From: an uncultured Verrucomicrobiae bacterium
Lineage (GTDB): Bacteria > Verrucomicrobiota > Verrucomicrobiia > Chthoniobacterales > JAFAMB01
Length of the DNA: 64,000 bases
Direction: 5' to 3'
NCBI GenBank assembly: GCA_963813025.1
Contig: CAWEXO010000013.1
Span: 256,001 to 320,000, forward strand
The notes under the pieces: model-generated
Database searches by the model: none
Seen by the model: only the letters and a program-made list of their open reading frames with translations
What the model was told of the DNA's origin: nothing
Program-made: the position numbers and the translations under genes
Shown: positions 9,988-20,007 of the stretch, piece by piece
How positions within the stretch are numbered: the stretch's first letter is position 1
Layout: each line of letters starts with the position of its first letter

Positions 9988-11106
9988 CTACGAATACGTA
10001 CGCGCGAGCCCAACAAAATCTGGGTTAGTGCCATCTGGGCGTCCATAAACCTGACCGCCCCAGCGCGTGCGGAAGAACTGATGCATACTGATGGATTCCT
10101 GGTGGACAAACCCGGCCGGCAGCTCCTTCAACGCATAGAGTTCGAGGAGAGCGACCACTCCGGCCGCCGTCGATAACTGAATCGCTGACAGAGGCTGGCC
10201 GCTGACCGTCGCCCCGTAGATTTTTTTCACAAAGCTTCGCTGCAACAATCCGCTTCCCTCGCTGCCGACAGCATTCACATAAATCACAACCACATCGCTG
10301 AAGGTCAAGGGCACTTCCTGGTCGAAGATCTGGGTGAGGACTTCCCGTTTCTGGCAAAGGTTAAGATCGAAGAGTAGGAACTTCATCAAATCGCGGTGTC
10401 CCGGATAGCGCAGCGTCTTATAGCTCAGATCGGTGAGCCGGTGCGCAAAGCTCTCACACATCGTCGCCACGCCGCCCGAGGTATTGAACGCTTCGTATTC
10501 AACGCCATCGATCGTGAGCCGTTCCACACCGTCGAGCGGCGCAGTTGGCACACGTCGGCCCTGGATGATTGCCTCTCCAAATTGACAATATTCGTTGATC
10601 AGACCCGCCGTACTCCAACTTAAATAGTACTTCATCTGGTTGCCGGCTGAGAGAGGCAAGGCCCCGACCCGCAGCTCAAGAGAACGGATTGTCTTCAGGC
10701 TGTTCGCCAGACCGCTGCCGAGTATGTTGATCGCCCCCGGAGCAAGCCCGCAGTGCGGCATGAAAGTCGCCTGCTGTCCTGCAGCCAGCCTCCGGACGAT
10801 CTCGGTCGTCTCCACGTCTTCCGTCAAATCAAAGTAAGAGCGACCGGCAGTCGCGCAGACCTGGGCGATCAACGCGTTGAGGTAGTAAGGCGCAGCGCTG
10901 ACGATTACGTGATTAGCCTCCACAAATTCTTGCAGCTCCGAACCTTGACCAACGTCCACCAAGCGGCTTTGCAGTTTGGTGAGACTTACCAAGTCCTCAA
11001 TCGGACGAGCGTCTGCCACGTTCGCTTCGGAGCAGAAATCACACGTTTCGAGCAGCGCGGCGATTGAGAGCCCGATTTTGCCGCCGCCAACGATCCCGAT
11101 TTTCAT
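9988..11106 (-). CDS. Saccharopine dehydrogenase / lysine 6-dehydrogenase family
   Basis: GIVGGGKIG, YFDLTEDV, CGLAPG, WSTAGLINEY, EAFNTSGG, YKTLRYPGH. Confidence 0.9.
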   Translation of the reverse strand: MKIGIVGGGKIGLSIAALLETCDFCSEANVADARPIEDLVSLTKLQSRLVDVGQGSELQEFVEANHVIVSAAPYYLNALIAQVCATAGRSYFDLTEDVETTEIVRRLAAGQQATFMPHCGLAPGAINILGSGLANSLKTIRSLELRVGALPLSAGNQMKYYLSWSTAGLINEYCQFGEAIIQGRRVPTAPLDGVERLTIDGVEYEAFNTSGGVATMCESFAHRLTDLSYKTLRYPGHRDLMKFLLFDLNLCQKREVLTQIFDQEVPLTFSDVVVIYVNAVGSEGSGLLQRSFVKKIYGATVSGQPLSAIQLSTAAGVVALLELYALKELPAGFVHQESISMHQFFRTRWGGQVYGRPDGTNPDFVGLARTYS

Positions 11107-11504
11107 TGGACTTGGGATGAGGTGATGCATTCCCGAGGAATTCCGCCCCTGCTTCCTTTCTCCGTGAGCAACACGCGCGGCATCATCGCTCTTGGATGAT
11201 AAAGAACCGTCGTACCCGAAGGAGCCCTGACCGGCTCCGTTACCAGACCGGCATCCGACAAATCGGAGAAATGCTCAGGGTCGAGCGTCAAATGATCGAC
11301 CCACTCGTAAAAATCGGTTCCGGTTTCTTGGGTGAGACGATCGGCCAAGGCGCGGGCAAAAGTGTTTCTTTCGACAAATTTGCCCAAACAAGAGCGGAGA
11401 AGATCCTCGGCTGCATCAGCCAGCGGCCAGTCAAATTCCGCAGGAGCGAGAAGACCAGGGTTGAATTCATAGCGTGCGAAGGACAGCAGTAAACGGTCCG
11501 TCAC
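11103..11504 (-). pseudogene. Probably truncated N-terminus of an uncharacterised protein
   Basis: Protein-like N-terminus (FDWPLA...QETGTDFYEWVDH...HPRAMMPRV) that ends abruptly; stop overlaps the next ATG. Confidence 0.5.
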
Positions 11505-11826
11505 CCGGCTGAATTTGGCAACTGCGAAAAGGGTACAACTATTTATAAAATTAAGTAATTACGCCAAAAAGAGCATAATTTATCTCCCGATCGGGCATTT
11601 AGGATTTATATTGTTTTAGACGACAGCCATTCCTGACCTGGACCAAATACCCTGAATTCTTTGGCCAGCCCCGGCTAGATACAAGGGTTAACGTGTTTAA
11701 CCCGGTCTTTGCTCCCGTAGGGGCGAATATCCAGTCGCCGAATCAGCGTCCCGGAATCCATTGAACTCTACGGGCAATTAGAGATTAGTTGATCTGCCCG
11801 CTTCTTCGTGTAGTGTCGCGCTTGCT

Positions 11827-12684
11827 ATGAGTACGACCCAGTACGTCCACCCTGAAGCTATCGTCAGCACCGAGTGGCTTGCCGAGCATCTCCATGATCC
11901 CGGGGTAAGAATCATCGAAAGCAACGAGGACGTTTTGCTTTACGACACCGGACATATTCCAGGAGCGGCCCACGTCGATTGGCGCCGCGACCTGAACGAT
12001 CAAACCATTCGCGATTACCTCGATCCCGAACATTTTGCCAGTCTGGCCGGCCGTATCGGTATTACCCCGGAGACCACCATTGTTTTCTATGGAGACAAAT
12101 CCAATTGGTGGGCTTGCTATGCCTTATGGATTTTCACGCTTTTCGGCCATCGCGATCTCCGAATCCTGAACGGCGGCCGGGACAAGTGGATCAGCGAAGG
12201 CCATCCAATAACGAAGGACAAGCCGAAATTTACCGAGACGAATTATCCGGTCCCCGCGAAGCGCAATGATACCGAGATCCGCGCATTTTTTGAACACACC
12301 CTCGCACACAGCCGGGCCAAACGCCCGTTGATCGATGTCCGTTCACCCGGTGAGTTTCGGGGTGAGATCACTCATATGCCGGAGTACCCGCAGGAAGGCG
12401 TCCTTCGCGGCGGTCACGTTCCTGGCGCCAAGAGCGTGCCCTGGAAAACGGCGGTGCACGATGACGGCACCTTCAAATCCGCGGATGAATTGCGAAAGAT
12501 CTATCAGGAGAATTTAGGATTCGGAGTGAATGATGACACGATCGTCTACTGCCGCATTGGTGAGCGCTCCAGCCATACGTGGTTTGTCCTGACGAAGCTA
12601 CTCGGGTTTCAGAAAGTTCGGAATTACGACGGTTCCTGGACCGAATGGGGGAATATGGTGCGCACCCCAATCGAAAAACCCTGA
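11827..12684 (+). CDS. sseA: Two-domain thiosulfate sulfurtransferase (rhodanese)
   Basis: [14 protein letters not shown], active site [17 protein letters not shown]. Confidence 0.9.
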   Translation: MSTTQYVHPEAIVSTEWLAEHLHDPGVRIIESNEDVLLYDTGHIPGAAHVDWRRDLNDQTIRDYLDPEHFASLAGRIGITPETTIVFYGDKSNWWACYALWIFTLFGHRDLRILNGGRDKWISEGHPITKDKPKFTETNYPVPAKRNDTEIRAFFEHTLAHSRAKRPLIDVRSPGEFRGEITHMPEYPQEGVLRGGHVPGAKSVPWKTAVHDDGTFKSADELRKIYQENLGFGVNDDTIVYCRIGERSSHTWFVLTKLLGFQKVRNYDGSWTEWGNMVRTPIEKP

Positions 12685-12802
12685 AACTGCTTCGAAAGCC
12701 TGCATCCGCAAAATCCCGTGGCCAATGACCGATGAATGGGTGATCGGCTATTGGCCATCGGTCATCTCATCGTGATTTGCGGGCGATGCAGACTAAGCAA
12801 AA

Positions 12803-13309
12803 ATGAATTGCAGCGATCTGGATGAGCTGGGAACTGTAGGGGTGGTCGAGCAAACATCAAGCTATCCCAGCGGCCTGCGGCGCATTATCGATCTCTTTCA
12901 AGATTTGCCTGAGGAAGAGCGGCGGGAAACGCTGATTTCCTACGCGGAACAAGCTTCGAAGTGGGCGCCGAAGGAGGGCGACCGCTTCGATCTCGAGGAT
13001 GTCCGGAAGGACGAAGAATGTACGGACACCGTTGGTGTCTTTCTGCGCGTCGAGACGGGGTCACGCGCGGTTTTTCGAATCTCTCTGGGGCCGCACGTGC
13101 AAACCTTAACGCGGGCGATGACATCGATACTTTGCCGCGGACTTGAGCATGCGACCATTTACGAGGTCCTGGATGTTCCGAGCGATTTCGTTCCGAAGAT
13201 TATCGGGACTGAACTGGTGCGGGCTCGCAGCCATACGGTGTATTACGTTTTATCCCGCATGAAGGGCATCGCGACCGCTTTTCAAAGACGGGAACGAGCC
13301 GCGCGTTAG
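12803..13309 (+). CDS. sufE: SufE family sulfur acceptor
   Basis: RETLISYA, EECTDTV with conserved Cys; follows the rhodanese gene. Confidence 0.75.
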   Translation: MNCSDLDELGTVGVVEQTSSYPSGLRRIIDLFQDLPEEERRETLISYAEQASKWAPKEGDRFDLEDVRKDEECTDTVGVFLRVETGSRAVFRISLGPHVQTLTRAMTSILCRGLEHATIYEVLDVPSDFVPKIIGTELVRARSHTVYYVLSRMKGIATAFQRRERAAR

Positions 13310-13331
13310 CTGCTGGCACTTTTCGTAACCT

Positions 13332-13769
13332 GTGTTTCCGCATCCGGCGATCTCGCACCTCTTTTCGAGTATACGGTCAGGCAAGCGCATGAGCTTGGTC
13401 GCCTTTCTCCTACTGGCTGCCTGCTCGGGAAAACCCGTTCCTTGTGTCAACGAGGTGCAGACGGAGGCGCTATCTCCCGACGGCCAGCAAAAGGCGGTCG
13501 TCTTTATTCGGAAATGTTCTGACGGCGGGTCGGCGACCACCCACGTATCAATTCTCGCCGCCCACGCCGCCCTGCCGGAGGGAAACGGCAATATTTTTGG
13601 GAGTGAGCATCCGATCGGCATTCGCGCTGCTTGGTTGAACGACGCTCACTTGGTTCTTTACAGCTATGGCAATCTCTCAAAAGCCACTCGTCGGGAACGA
13701 GCGGGCACCGTCGTCATCGAGTATTCACAAATTATGGAAACGGATTTGGTAGCGCCCCTCGATCGGTAA
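13332..13769 (+). CDS. Hypothetical lipoprotein
   Basis: Lipobox LLLAAC; CxN...SPDG...RxC pattern. Confidence 0.65.
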   Translation: MFPHPAISHLFSSIRSGKRMSLVAFLLLAACSGKPVPCVNEVQTEALSPDGQQKAVVFIRKCSDGGSATTHVSILAAHAALPEGNGNIFGSEHPIGIRAAWLNDAHLVLYSYGNLSKATRRERAGTVVIEYSQIMETDLVAPLDR

Positions 13770-13815
13770 AGACGGTCAGGGCAAAAGGGGGCGTTTTCAG
13801 GGATTCCATGGTGCA

Positions 13816-14574
13816 CTAAGAGCTGTCTTTCCTCGGCAGGACAGCTCGATTTAATTCCGCCAGCACTTCCGGATCGCGCACATCAGCCCAAGCACCTTTG
13901 ATCTCGACCGCTTTGATCCGATGGCCCTCGAGAAGCATGGCGCGGATCGCGTCGGTAAGTTCGTATTCGCCCCGAGCTGACTTCCGGAGTCGTGTCACAA
14001 AGGAGAAGATGCTCGAGCGAAAGACGTAAATCCCCGCATTGTACCAATTGGTTTTGATTTCGCCCGGATTCGGTTTTTCGCGCAGGTCAACAACTTCCGC
14101 CTTCCGGTTCAGAACCACAGCGCCGCCTTTCGATAGATCTTCGGTATATCGGACCGTCAAGATCATCTCCGCTTCTTCCAACTCGACCAGGTTCAAATAA
14201 GCCTCGGGAGAGACCAGGATATCTCCGTAGCACAGAAAAAACGGATCGTTCTGGCAAAAATCGCGGGCGAGTTCGACCACCTTTCCCGTGCCGTCCTGAA
14301 CCACCTGCTCCGCATACTGGATGCGCAATCCGAATGCTGAGCCGTCTTGAAAATGATCCCGAATGACTTCTCTTCGATATCCCACCACGATCAGAAGGTC
14401 GGTGACACCGGCGCCGCGCAGACCTTCAACCATATATTCGAGCACCGGCCGGCCCGCTACCTTGACCATCGGCTTCGGCAATTGAGCAGTAAGTTCTCCC
14501 ATTCTGGTACCGCGGCCGGCGGCCAGAATCACTCCTTTGCGGATCGTGTTGGGTTCAATGCTGTCCACGAACAA
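13816..14574 (-). CDS. Sugar-phosphate nucleotidyltransferase (NTP_transferase)
   Basis: GVILAAGRGTRM, PKPM, YGD, RGEYELTD. Confidence 0.9.
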   Translation of the reverse strand: MFVDSIEPNTIRKGVILAAGRGTRMGELTAQLPKPMVKVAGRPVLEYMVEGLRGAGVTDLLIVVGYRREVIRDHFQDGSAFGLRIQYAEQVVQDGTGKVVELARDFCQNDPFFLCYGDILVSPEAYLNLVELEEAEMILTVRYTEDLSKGGAVVLNRKAEVVDLREKPNPGEIKTNWYNAGIYVFRSSIFSFVTRLRKSARGEYELTDAIRAMLLEGHRIKAVEIKGAWADVRDPEVLAELNRAVLPRKDSS

Positions 14575-15733
14575 AAACAGCGATCCGGTCCATGGCTTCG
14601 TTCAGTTGCTGAATCCCCGTTGCGAAACAGCAGCGGACAAAACCTTCTCCGGACTTTCCGAATGCGTCTCCGGGCACCACCGCGACCCGTTGCTGTTCCA
14701 GCAGGCCAAGAGAAAATTCACGGCTAGTCAGGCCTGTGCCCGAGATGCGCGGGAACGCGTAGAAAGCTCCTTTCGGCGAATGGCAGGGCAGCCCCATCTC
14801 ATTTAGGCGCGACACGACTAGATTGCGCCGGCGCTCGTAATCGCATCGCATCGCTTCTACTTCCCGATCGCAATGGTTAAGCGCTTCAATGGCTGCTTCC
14901 TGAGACATATGCGGTGCGCAGAGAATCGCGTACTGATGCACCTTCATCATGGCTTCGATGATCGGGGCCGGTCCGCAAGCGTAACCAACCCGAAAGCCAG
15001 TCATCGAGTAGGATTTTGAACAGCCGTTCAGAACGATCGTTCGTTCCCGCATCCCGGGGAGGGTTGCAATCGATACATGTCGATGCTCGTCGTACACCAG
15101 CTCGCTGTAGATCTCGTCTGACAAAACGACGAGATCGTGTTGTACGCAAAGCTGTGCGATTGGCTCAAGATCCCCGAGAGACATGACCCCGCCGCTTGGG
15201 TTCGTCGGAAAACTCAGGAGCAAGGCCTTCGTCCGCGGGGAGATCTTCTCCTGGAGCCTGATCGCGTTCATCCGGAACTCATCATCCGCCTGGGTCTCGA
15301 TGGAGACTCCCTGGCCGAAAGCCAAAGCAATACTCGGGTTGTAAGAGACATAGCTCGGCTCATGGAAAAGCACTTCGTCGCCGGGATTAAGCACTGCACG
15401 CAGCGCTAAATCCAACGCCTCGGAAACTCCGACCGAGACCAGCACTTCCGTTTGCGGGTTATACTCAAGCGCGATGCGCTTATGCAGGTATTCCGAAATT
15501 GCCCGCCGCAGCCTTGGTAAACCGAGGTTGGAAGTATATCCCGTGCGACCTTTCTCCAAGGCGAAAATGGCGGCTTCGCGAATTCGCCAGGGCGTTGCGT
15601 AATCAGGCTCGCCGATCCCGAGCGAAATGACGTCATGCATCGACTGCACGACCTCGAAGAAATCGCGGATCCCGGACTTCGGGATGCGACGCACGTGATC
15701 AGCGACAAAGCGTTCCTGGTTGTCAACTTGCAT
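14555..15733 (-). CDS. PLP-dependent aminotransferase class I/II (AlaT/YugH-like)
   Basis: SLGIGEPD, NPSG, SDEIY, SKSYSMTGFRVG. Confidence 0.92.
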   Translation of the reverse strand: MQVDNQERFVADHVRRIPKSGIRDFFEVVQSMHDVISLGIGEPDYATPWRIREAAIFALEKGRTGYTSNLGLPRLRRAISEYLHKRIALEYNPQTEVLVSVGVSEALDLALRAVLNPGDEVLFHEPSYVSYNPSIALAFGQGVSIETQADDEFRMNAIRLQEKISPRTKALLLSFPTNPSGGVMSLGDLEPIAQLCVQHDLVVLSDEIYSELVYDEHRHVSIATLPGMRERTIVLNGCSKSYSMTGFRVGYACGPAPIIEAMMKVHQYAILCAPHMSQEAAIEALNHCDREVEAMRCDYERRRNLVVSRLNEMGLPCHSPKGAFYAFPRISGTGLTSREFSLGLLEQQRVAVVPGDAFGKSGEGFVRCCFATGIQQLNEAMDRIAVFVRGQH

Positions 15734-15760
15734 GGCAGGTAGAATCGGGCGGTTGACGCT

Positions 15761-16240
15761 CTAGGGGCTGACGGGAAGCCGATCCGCTGCTTCGTCCCGG
15801 CTTAGCAGAACGCCGTTTTGTTTGTACGTTTTTAAACGGAAACGAGTTGCCGTCGAAACAACTCCCTCCACGGTGCTGAGTTTCTCGGAAACAAATCGGG
15901 CAATTTCGCGCAAATTCTGACCTTCAACCATGACCGCGAGATCGTAGCCGCCGCTCATTAACCAGCAGGTCTTGACCTCATCAAAGCGGGCGATCCGCTG
16001 AGCGAGCCGGTCAAAACCCCCGCCTCGTTCCGGGGTGATACTTACCTCGATAAAGGCTGTAACCGAGTCGGCATCAACCTTCTCCGGATCGACCACCGCC
16101 TGATAGGCTAGGATGATGCCCTCTGCTTCATATTCATGAATTTTGTTCGAGATCTCGCCGCAGGAGACATTGAGAAGCCGCGCAAGTTCGGCAGGAGTCA
16201 ATCGCGAGTTCTGCTGCAATAACTCCAAAAGATGGTCCAT
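15761..16240 (-). CDS. Lrp/AsnC family transcriptional regulator
   Basis: N-terminal HTH, LMSGGYDL; the usual partner of the downstream aminotransferase. Confidence 0.92.
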   Translation of the reverse strand: MDHLLELLQQNSRLTPAELARLLNVSCGEISNKIHEYEAEGIILAYQAVVDPEKVDADSVTAFIEVSITPERGGGFDRLAQRIARFDEVKTCWLMSGGYDLAVMVEGQNLREIARFVSEKLSTVEGVVSTATRFRLKTYKQNGVLLSRDEAADRLPVSP

Positions 16241-16407
16241 GGGGTGAGTCTGCCATCAATGCCACAACTGGACACCTGCCACAAGCTTGGGGAGGCAAGG
16301 AGTGCAGGAGTTGCAGGAGACGGGAAGCCCGATCCCATAACTCGCAACCTCGCGACTCGGCACCCGGGACTCGGCACCCGGGACTCGGGACTCGGGACTC
16401 CTGGGAT

Positions 16408-17487
16408 TCAGTCTCCAAAGCTGATATCCACCGCCCGGGCGGTTTCGATAAGCTGAGTAGTCGGGTCGACCAGGCGGATGTGATGGACGGCCTTCGCGAT
16501 GGGTACTTCGCTCACTTCGTAGTTTTGGTAACTCACCATCATCCCGTAGAGTCCTTCCTGGAGCAGACCAACCGCTTTTACACCGAAGCGCGTACCGAGG
16601 ATACGGTCGAGCGAAGTCGGCGCTCCGCCGCGCTGTAGATGTCCCAAGACACAGTAGCGCGTCTCTTTGCCGGTCCGTTCGGCCACCTCGTGAGCGACCA
16701 ACTCGCCGATACCTCCTAGCCGGAATTCGCCTTGAACAATCGGTTGAAACGTTTGGCCGCCGTCAATCGGTCCAGCCCCTTCAGCTACGACGATCATCGT
16801 GCTTTGGTAACCTTCCCGCTCGCGCCGGTTAACCGCCTCGGCGACTTTCTCCCAAGAGAAAGGAATCTCGGGCAGCAAAATGACGTCCGCTCCGCCGCCG
16901 ATTCCTCCGTAGAGGGCGATCCAGCCCGCGTGTCGTCCCATGACTTCGAGCACCATTGCCCTTTTATGGCTGGCAGCCGTCGAATGAAGCCGATCGAGCG
17001 CTTCGGTTACGCATGTGACCGCCGAATAAAATCCAAAACTCATGGCGGTGGCTGCGAGATCGTTGTCGATCGTTTTCGGCACTCCGATAATCGGAAATCC
17101 GTGCTCGAAAAGCTGGAGAGCTGTCGTCAGGGAGCCGTCGCCGCCAACGACGATCAAACCCTCCACCTGCAGATCGGCAAGTGTTTTCTTAGCGGAGGCA
17201 ATGATGGGTTCCGGAATAACCACGCGCTCGCCGGCACCGATTTTGGCTACAAAATGGCCTTTGTTGGTGGTGCCTAGAATCGTGCCTCCCTGTTGCATGA
17301 TTCCAACTGTGCGCGTTCGATCGAGAATGACGTATTGCGCAGGCGGCAAAAGACCTTCAAAGCCATCTTTGAAGCCGATTACTTGCCAATCGAGCTTCTC
17401 CGCTGCCTTGGTCACGCCCCGGAGAACAGCATTCAACCCAGGGCAGTCTCCGCCGCTTGTCAAAACACCGATACGTCTACTATGCAT
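16408..17487 (-). CDS. pfkA: 6-phosphofructokinase (GGDG/PKTIDND type)
   Basis: GVLTSGGDCPGLN, GGDG, PKTIDND, EVMGR, LGHLQRGG. Confidence 0.95.
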   Translation of the reverse strand: MHSRRIGVLTSGGDCPGLNAVLRGVTKAAEKLDWQVIGFKDGFEGLLPPAQYVILDRTRTVGIMQQGGTILGTTNKGHFVAKIGAGERVVIPEPIIASAKKTLADLQVEGLIVVGGDGSLTTALQLFEHGFPIIGVPKTIDNDLAATAMSFGFYSAVTCVTEALDRLHSTAASHKRAMVLEVMGRHAGWIALYGGIGGGADVILLPEIPFSWEKVAEAVNRREREGYQSTMIVVAEGAGPIDGGQTFQPIVQGEFRLGGIGELVAHEVAERTGKETRYCVLGHLQRGGAPTSLDRILGTRFGVKAVGLLQEGLYGMMVSYQNYEVSEVPIAKAVHHIRLVDPTTQLIETARAVDISFGD

Positions 17488-17498
17488 ACAAATTGGGC

Positions 17499-18443
17499 TT
17501 ACTGCGGGGGAGGGCGGGTCGGACGACCTGCAGCGGCCCATTGGTCGTAGAGCGCCCAGCCACGTGGTAAGAGCTGGCTGGCCGCCGCAAAGCGATCGGT
17601 TGCTCCCAGCACTACTAAGTTTATGCGTCGGGGGGTGACAAGAGTCGTAGCTCCATCCTGGCGGATCTCTGCCTCGCGTTGGGCAGAAACGATAATACAG
17701 TCGCCCGCTTTGGAGGTCCGCCCGGTTTTCACACCATCGATTCCGTTACTACCAAGGAGTTGATTCGTATTACGCAGAAGATACCAGAACACCTGGTCGG
17801 CGCGACGAAAAGAGATTTTACGCTCCTTCTGCGAAACGTAGAAGCGAAATCCGGCGTCTTTGACCGCATAAGCAGTCAGCTTCGTCAGGTCTACGGCGGT
17901 AGAGTAGGGCTGTAACCCTTTGCGGGGTTCGAGGCCATGCGGATTGACGAAAAGAGTTTTTTCCATCCCGAGTTCCCGGGCCAGAGCGTTCATCTGAGAG
18001 ACAAAGGCTTCGACCGGCGTCAAAGGATGCGATGCTGAATCGCCTTGAGCGAGAAAAGCCGCGCCAATCTGGTGGGCGAGAACCATGGCAGCCGTGTTAT
18101 CCGATTGCAGCAGCGTGGCGTAAACCAGGTCGCGGTAACTGATCAGGTCATTCGGTTGTAAACCCATGGGATTCACACCGCCGGCATCCATTGCTTCCAT
18201 CGGGATCGGCACGAGCTGGGAGAGGTCGGTGGAGTTCTTTTGCGCCCAATCGAGGGCTACTTTGGCCGTGGCAACGTTGGTGAGCGCGGCGATCGGTCTT
18301 TTCTCATCGCCTTTGTAGGAATCCAGAATATAGCCGGTAGACTGATCTGCTACCGCGTAGGAAGAAGCGATTTGCGCTTCGAGCGACTGGCCCAGGGCAC
18401 AGACCAAGGCGGCAGCCGCAAAGAATTTGGTAAGGTACCGCAT
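17499..18443 (-). CDS. D-alanyl-D-alanine carboxypeptidase family (peptidase S11), SxxK motif degenerate
   Basis: Signal peptide, SDN, FVNPHGL, DGVKTG; PIAALTN where PIASLTK is expected. Confidence 0.88.
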   Translation of the reverse strand: MRYLTKFFAAAALVCALGQSLEAQIASSYAVADQSTGYILDSYKGDEKRPIAALTNVATAKVALDWAQKNSTDLSQLVPIPMEAMDAGGVNPMGLQPNDLISYRDLVYATLLQSDNTAAMVLAHQIGAAFLAQGDSASHPLTPVEAFVSQMNALARELGMEKTLFVNPHGLEPRKGLQPYSTAVDLTKLTAYAVKDAGFRFYVSQKERKISFRRADQVFWYLLRNTNQLLGSNGIDGVKTGRTSKAGDCIIVSAQREAEIRQDGATTLVTPRRINLVVLGATDRFAAASQLLPRGWALYDQWAAAGRPTRPPPQ

Positions 18444-18573
18444 GACTTCGAAAGCGCTCAGTCTATTTCGCTTCGTCTCCAAGGCAAACCGAACTGGCGC
18501 TCATTCCAAAAATACTTCCGCCGGTTTCTTTTTAGTTAGGCAAGCAGAAGGATCGCCACGCCAAACAGAACGG

Positions 18574-19995
18574 TCAGAGGAAGGAGTCCATCAGTCGAGC
18601 CGTATTCTGCAGGACGCGAGCGCCCAAGGATCGTTTTTGCCACTCCGCTATGGTGAGTCGATCGCTGTGGGCAAAATAAGACTGCTGGAGATCTCGCAGT
18701 CGGTCCACGATCTTTCGATCGTAGACCAGCAAGTTGATTTCGGCGTTCAGCGCGAATGATCGAATATCCATGTTCGTGGAGCCCACCAAGGCGATATCAT
18801 CGTCGATCGTGATGTGTTTGGCGTGGAGAAAGCGCGGCCGGTAAAGGTAAATTTCGGCGCCGGCCGCCAGCAAATCATCGTAGAACGAGCGCTGCGCGAA
18901 TTGCGTAATCAGCTGATTCGCGTGCCGCGAGAGAACCAGGCGCACCTTCAAACCGCCGTGTGCAGTTGCGGCCTGAATCGCGTGAAGAAAGGGTTCGTCC
19001 GGCACGAAATAGGGGGTGGTGATCGTCGCTTCCTTCCGAGCCATGTAAAGCATTGAAACGATCAAGTCGCGCCCGTTTTCGCGGCCGTATCCTGGCCCGC
19101 TTGGGACGACCTGCGCCACTGCGTCTCCGGCTGGCTCCGCCTTTGGGAATAAGTCGTTCTCATCACAAGTCTTACTGGTTTCAAGATAGTAATCGGCCAG
19201 AAACACGGCCTGGAGTTGCGCCACGATTGGTCCACGCACGCGCACAAGAAGCTCTTCGTTCGTGTAACCCGGAACAAAACAGGGATCGACAATGTTTTGC
19301 GAGCCCGTGTGTCCGATGCGGCCGTCGATCACCGCGATCTTGCGATGATTTCGGAGATCAAAGCGCGCGGCATTCTTTCGGAATGGGCCTACAGGCAACA
19401 GTTCAATCACTTCGATACCGCTCTCTCTCATCACGGGTCCAAGCTGTCTCAGCGCTTTTTTGGAACCAAAAGCATCCAGTAACACTCGGCACCGAACTCC
19501 GCGCGCAGCGGCTTCACGCAGCGCCGTCAGCACCCTTCGTCCAATCTGGTCAGCGCCGTAAATATAGGAAAGGAGGTGGACGTGGTTGCGCGCTGCGGAG
19601 ATATCGTCGAGCAACGCCTGGACGGCGCCCTGGTAGTCCGTGAGCAGTCGAATTTCGTTGCCAGCCACCGCTTCGAAGTCGCCGAGACGGTTCGCCTCGG
19701 CTGGGATCGGTTGCAGATTGGCCGGAAGACGCGGTTGAATTGTAAAGCCGGCGTCGATCTGAGATTGGACGAGCCGGATGGATCGGGATGCCCGTTCCTG
19801 CATGGCGATTCGGCGAGCCGGCAAATAAATCCGACCGAAAAGAGCGTAAAGAATCAAGCCCGGCCAAGGCAGCAAAAAAATGAGGAGCAGCCAGGTGCGC
19901 GAAGCGGCCGCACTGCGGTGTTGAGGGACATAAATCAACATCACAATGCGAATCGCCCACTCCGAGACGAGGTAAAGGAAACTCCAGTCAGACAT
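18574..19995 (-). CDS. cls: Cardiolipin synthase
   Basis: N-terminal TM segments, two HKD motifs (HRKIAVID, HAKHITID). Confidence 0.93.
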   Translation of the reverse strand: MSDWSFLYLVSEWAIRIVMLIYVPQHRSAAASRTWLLLIFLLPWPGLILYALFGRIYLPARRIAMQERASRSIRLVQSQIDAGFTIQPRLPANLQPIPAEANRLGDFEAVAGNEIRLLTDYQGAVQALLDDISAARNHVHLLSYIYGADQIGRRVLTALREAAARGVRCRVLLDAFGSKKALRQLGPVMRESGIEVIELLPVGPFRKNAARFDLRNHRKIAVIDGRIGHTGSQNIVDPCFVPGYTNEELLVRVRGPIVAQLQAVFLADYYLETSKTCDENDLFPKAEPAGDAVAQVVPSGPGYGRENGRDLIVSMLYMARKEATITTPYFVPDEPFLHAIQAATAHGGLKVRLVLSRHANQLITQFAQRSFYDDLLAAGAEIYLYRPRFLHAKHITIDDDIALVGSTNMDIRSFALNAEINLLVYDRKIVDRLRDLQQSYFAHSDRLTIAEWQKRSLGARVLQNTARLMDSFL

Positions 19996-20007
19996 CGTGT
20001 GCTGGAT

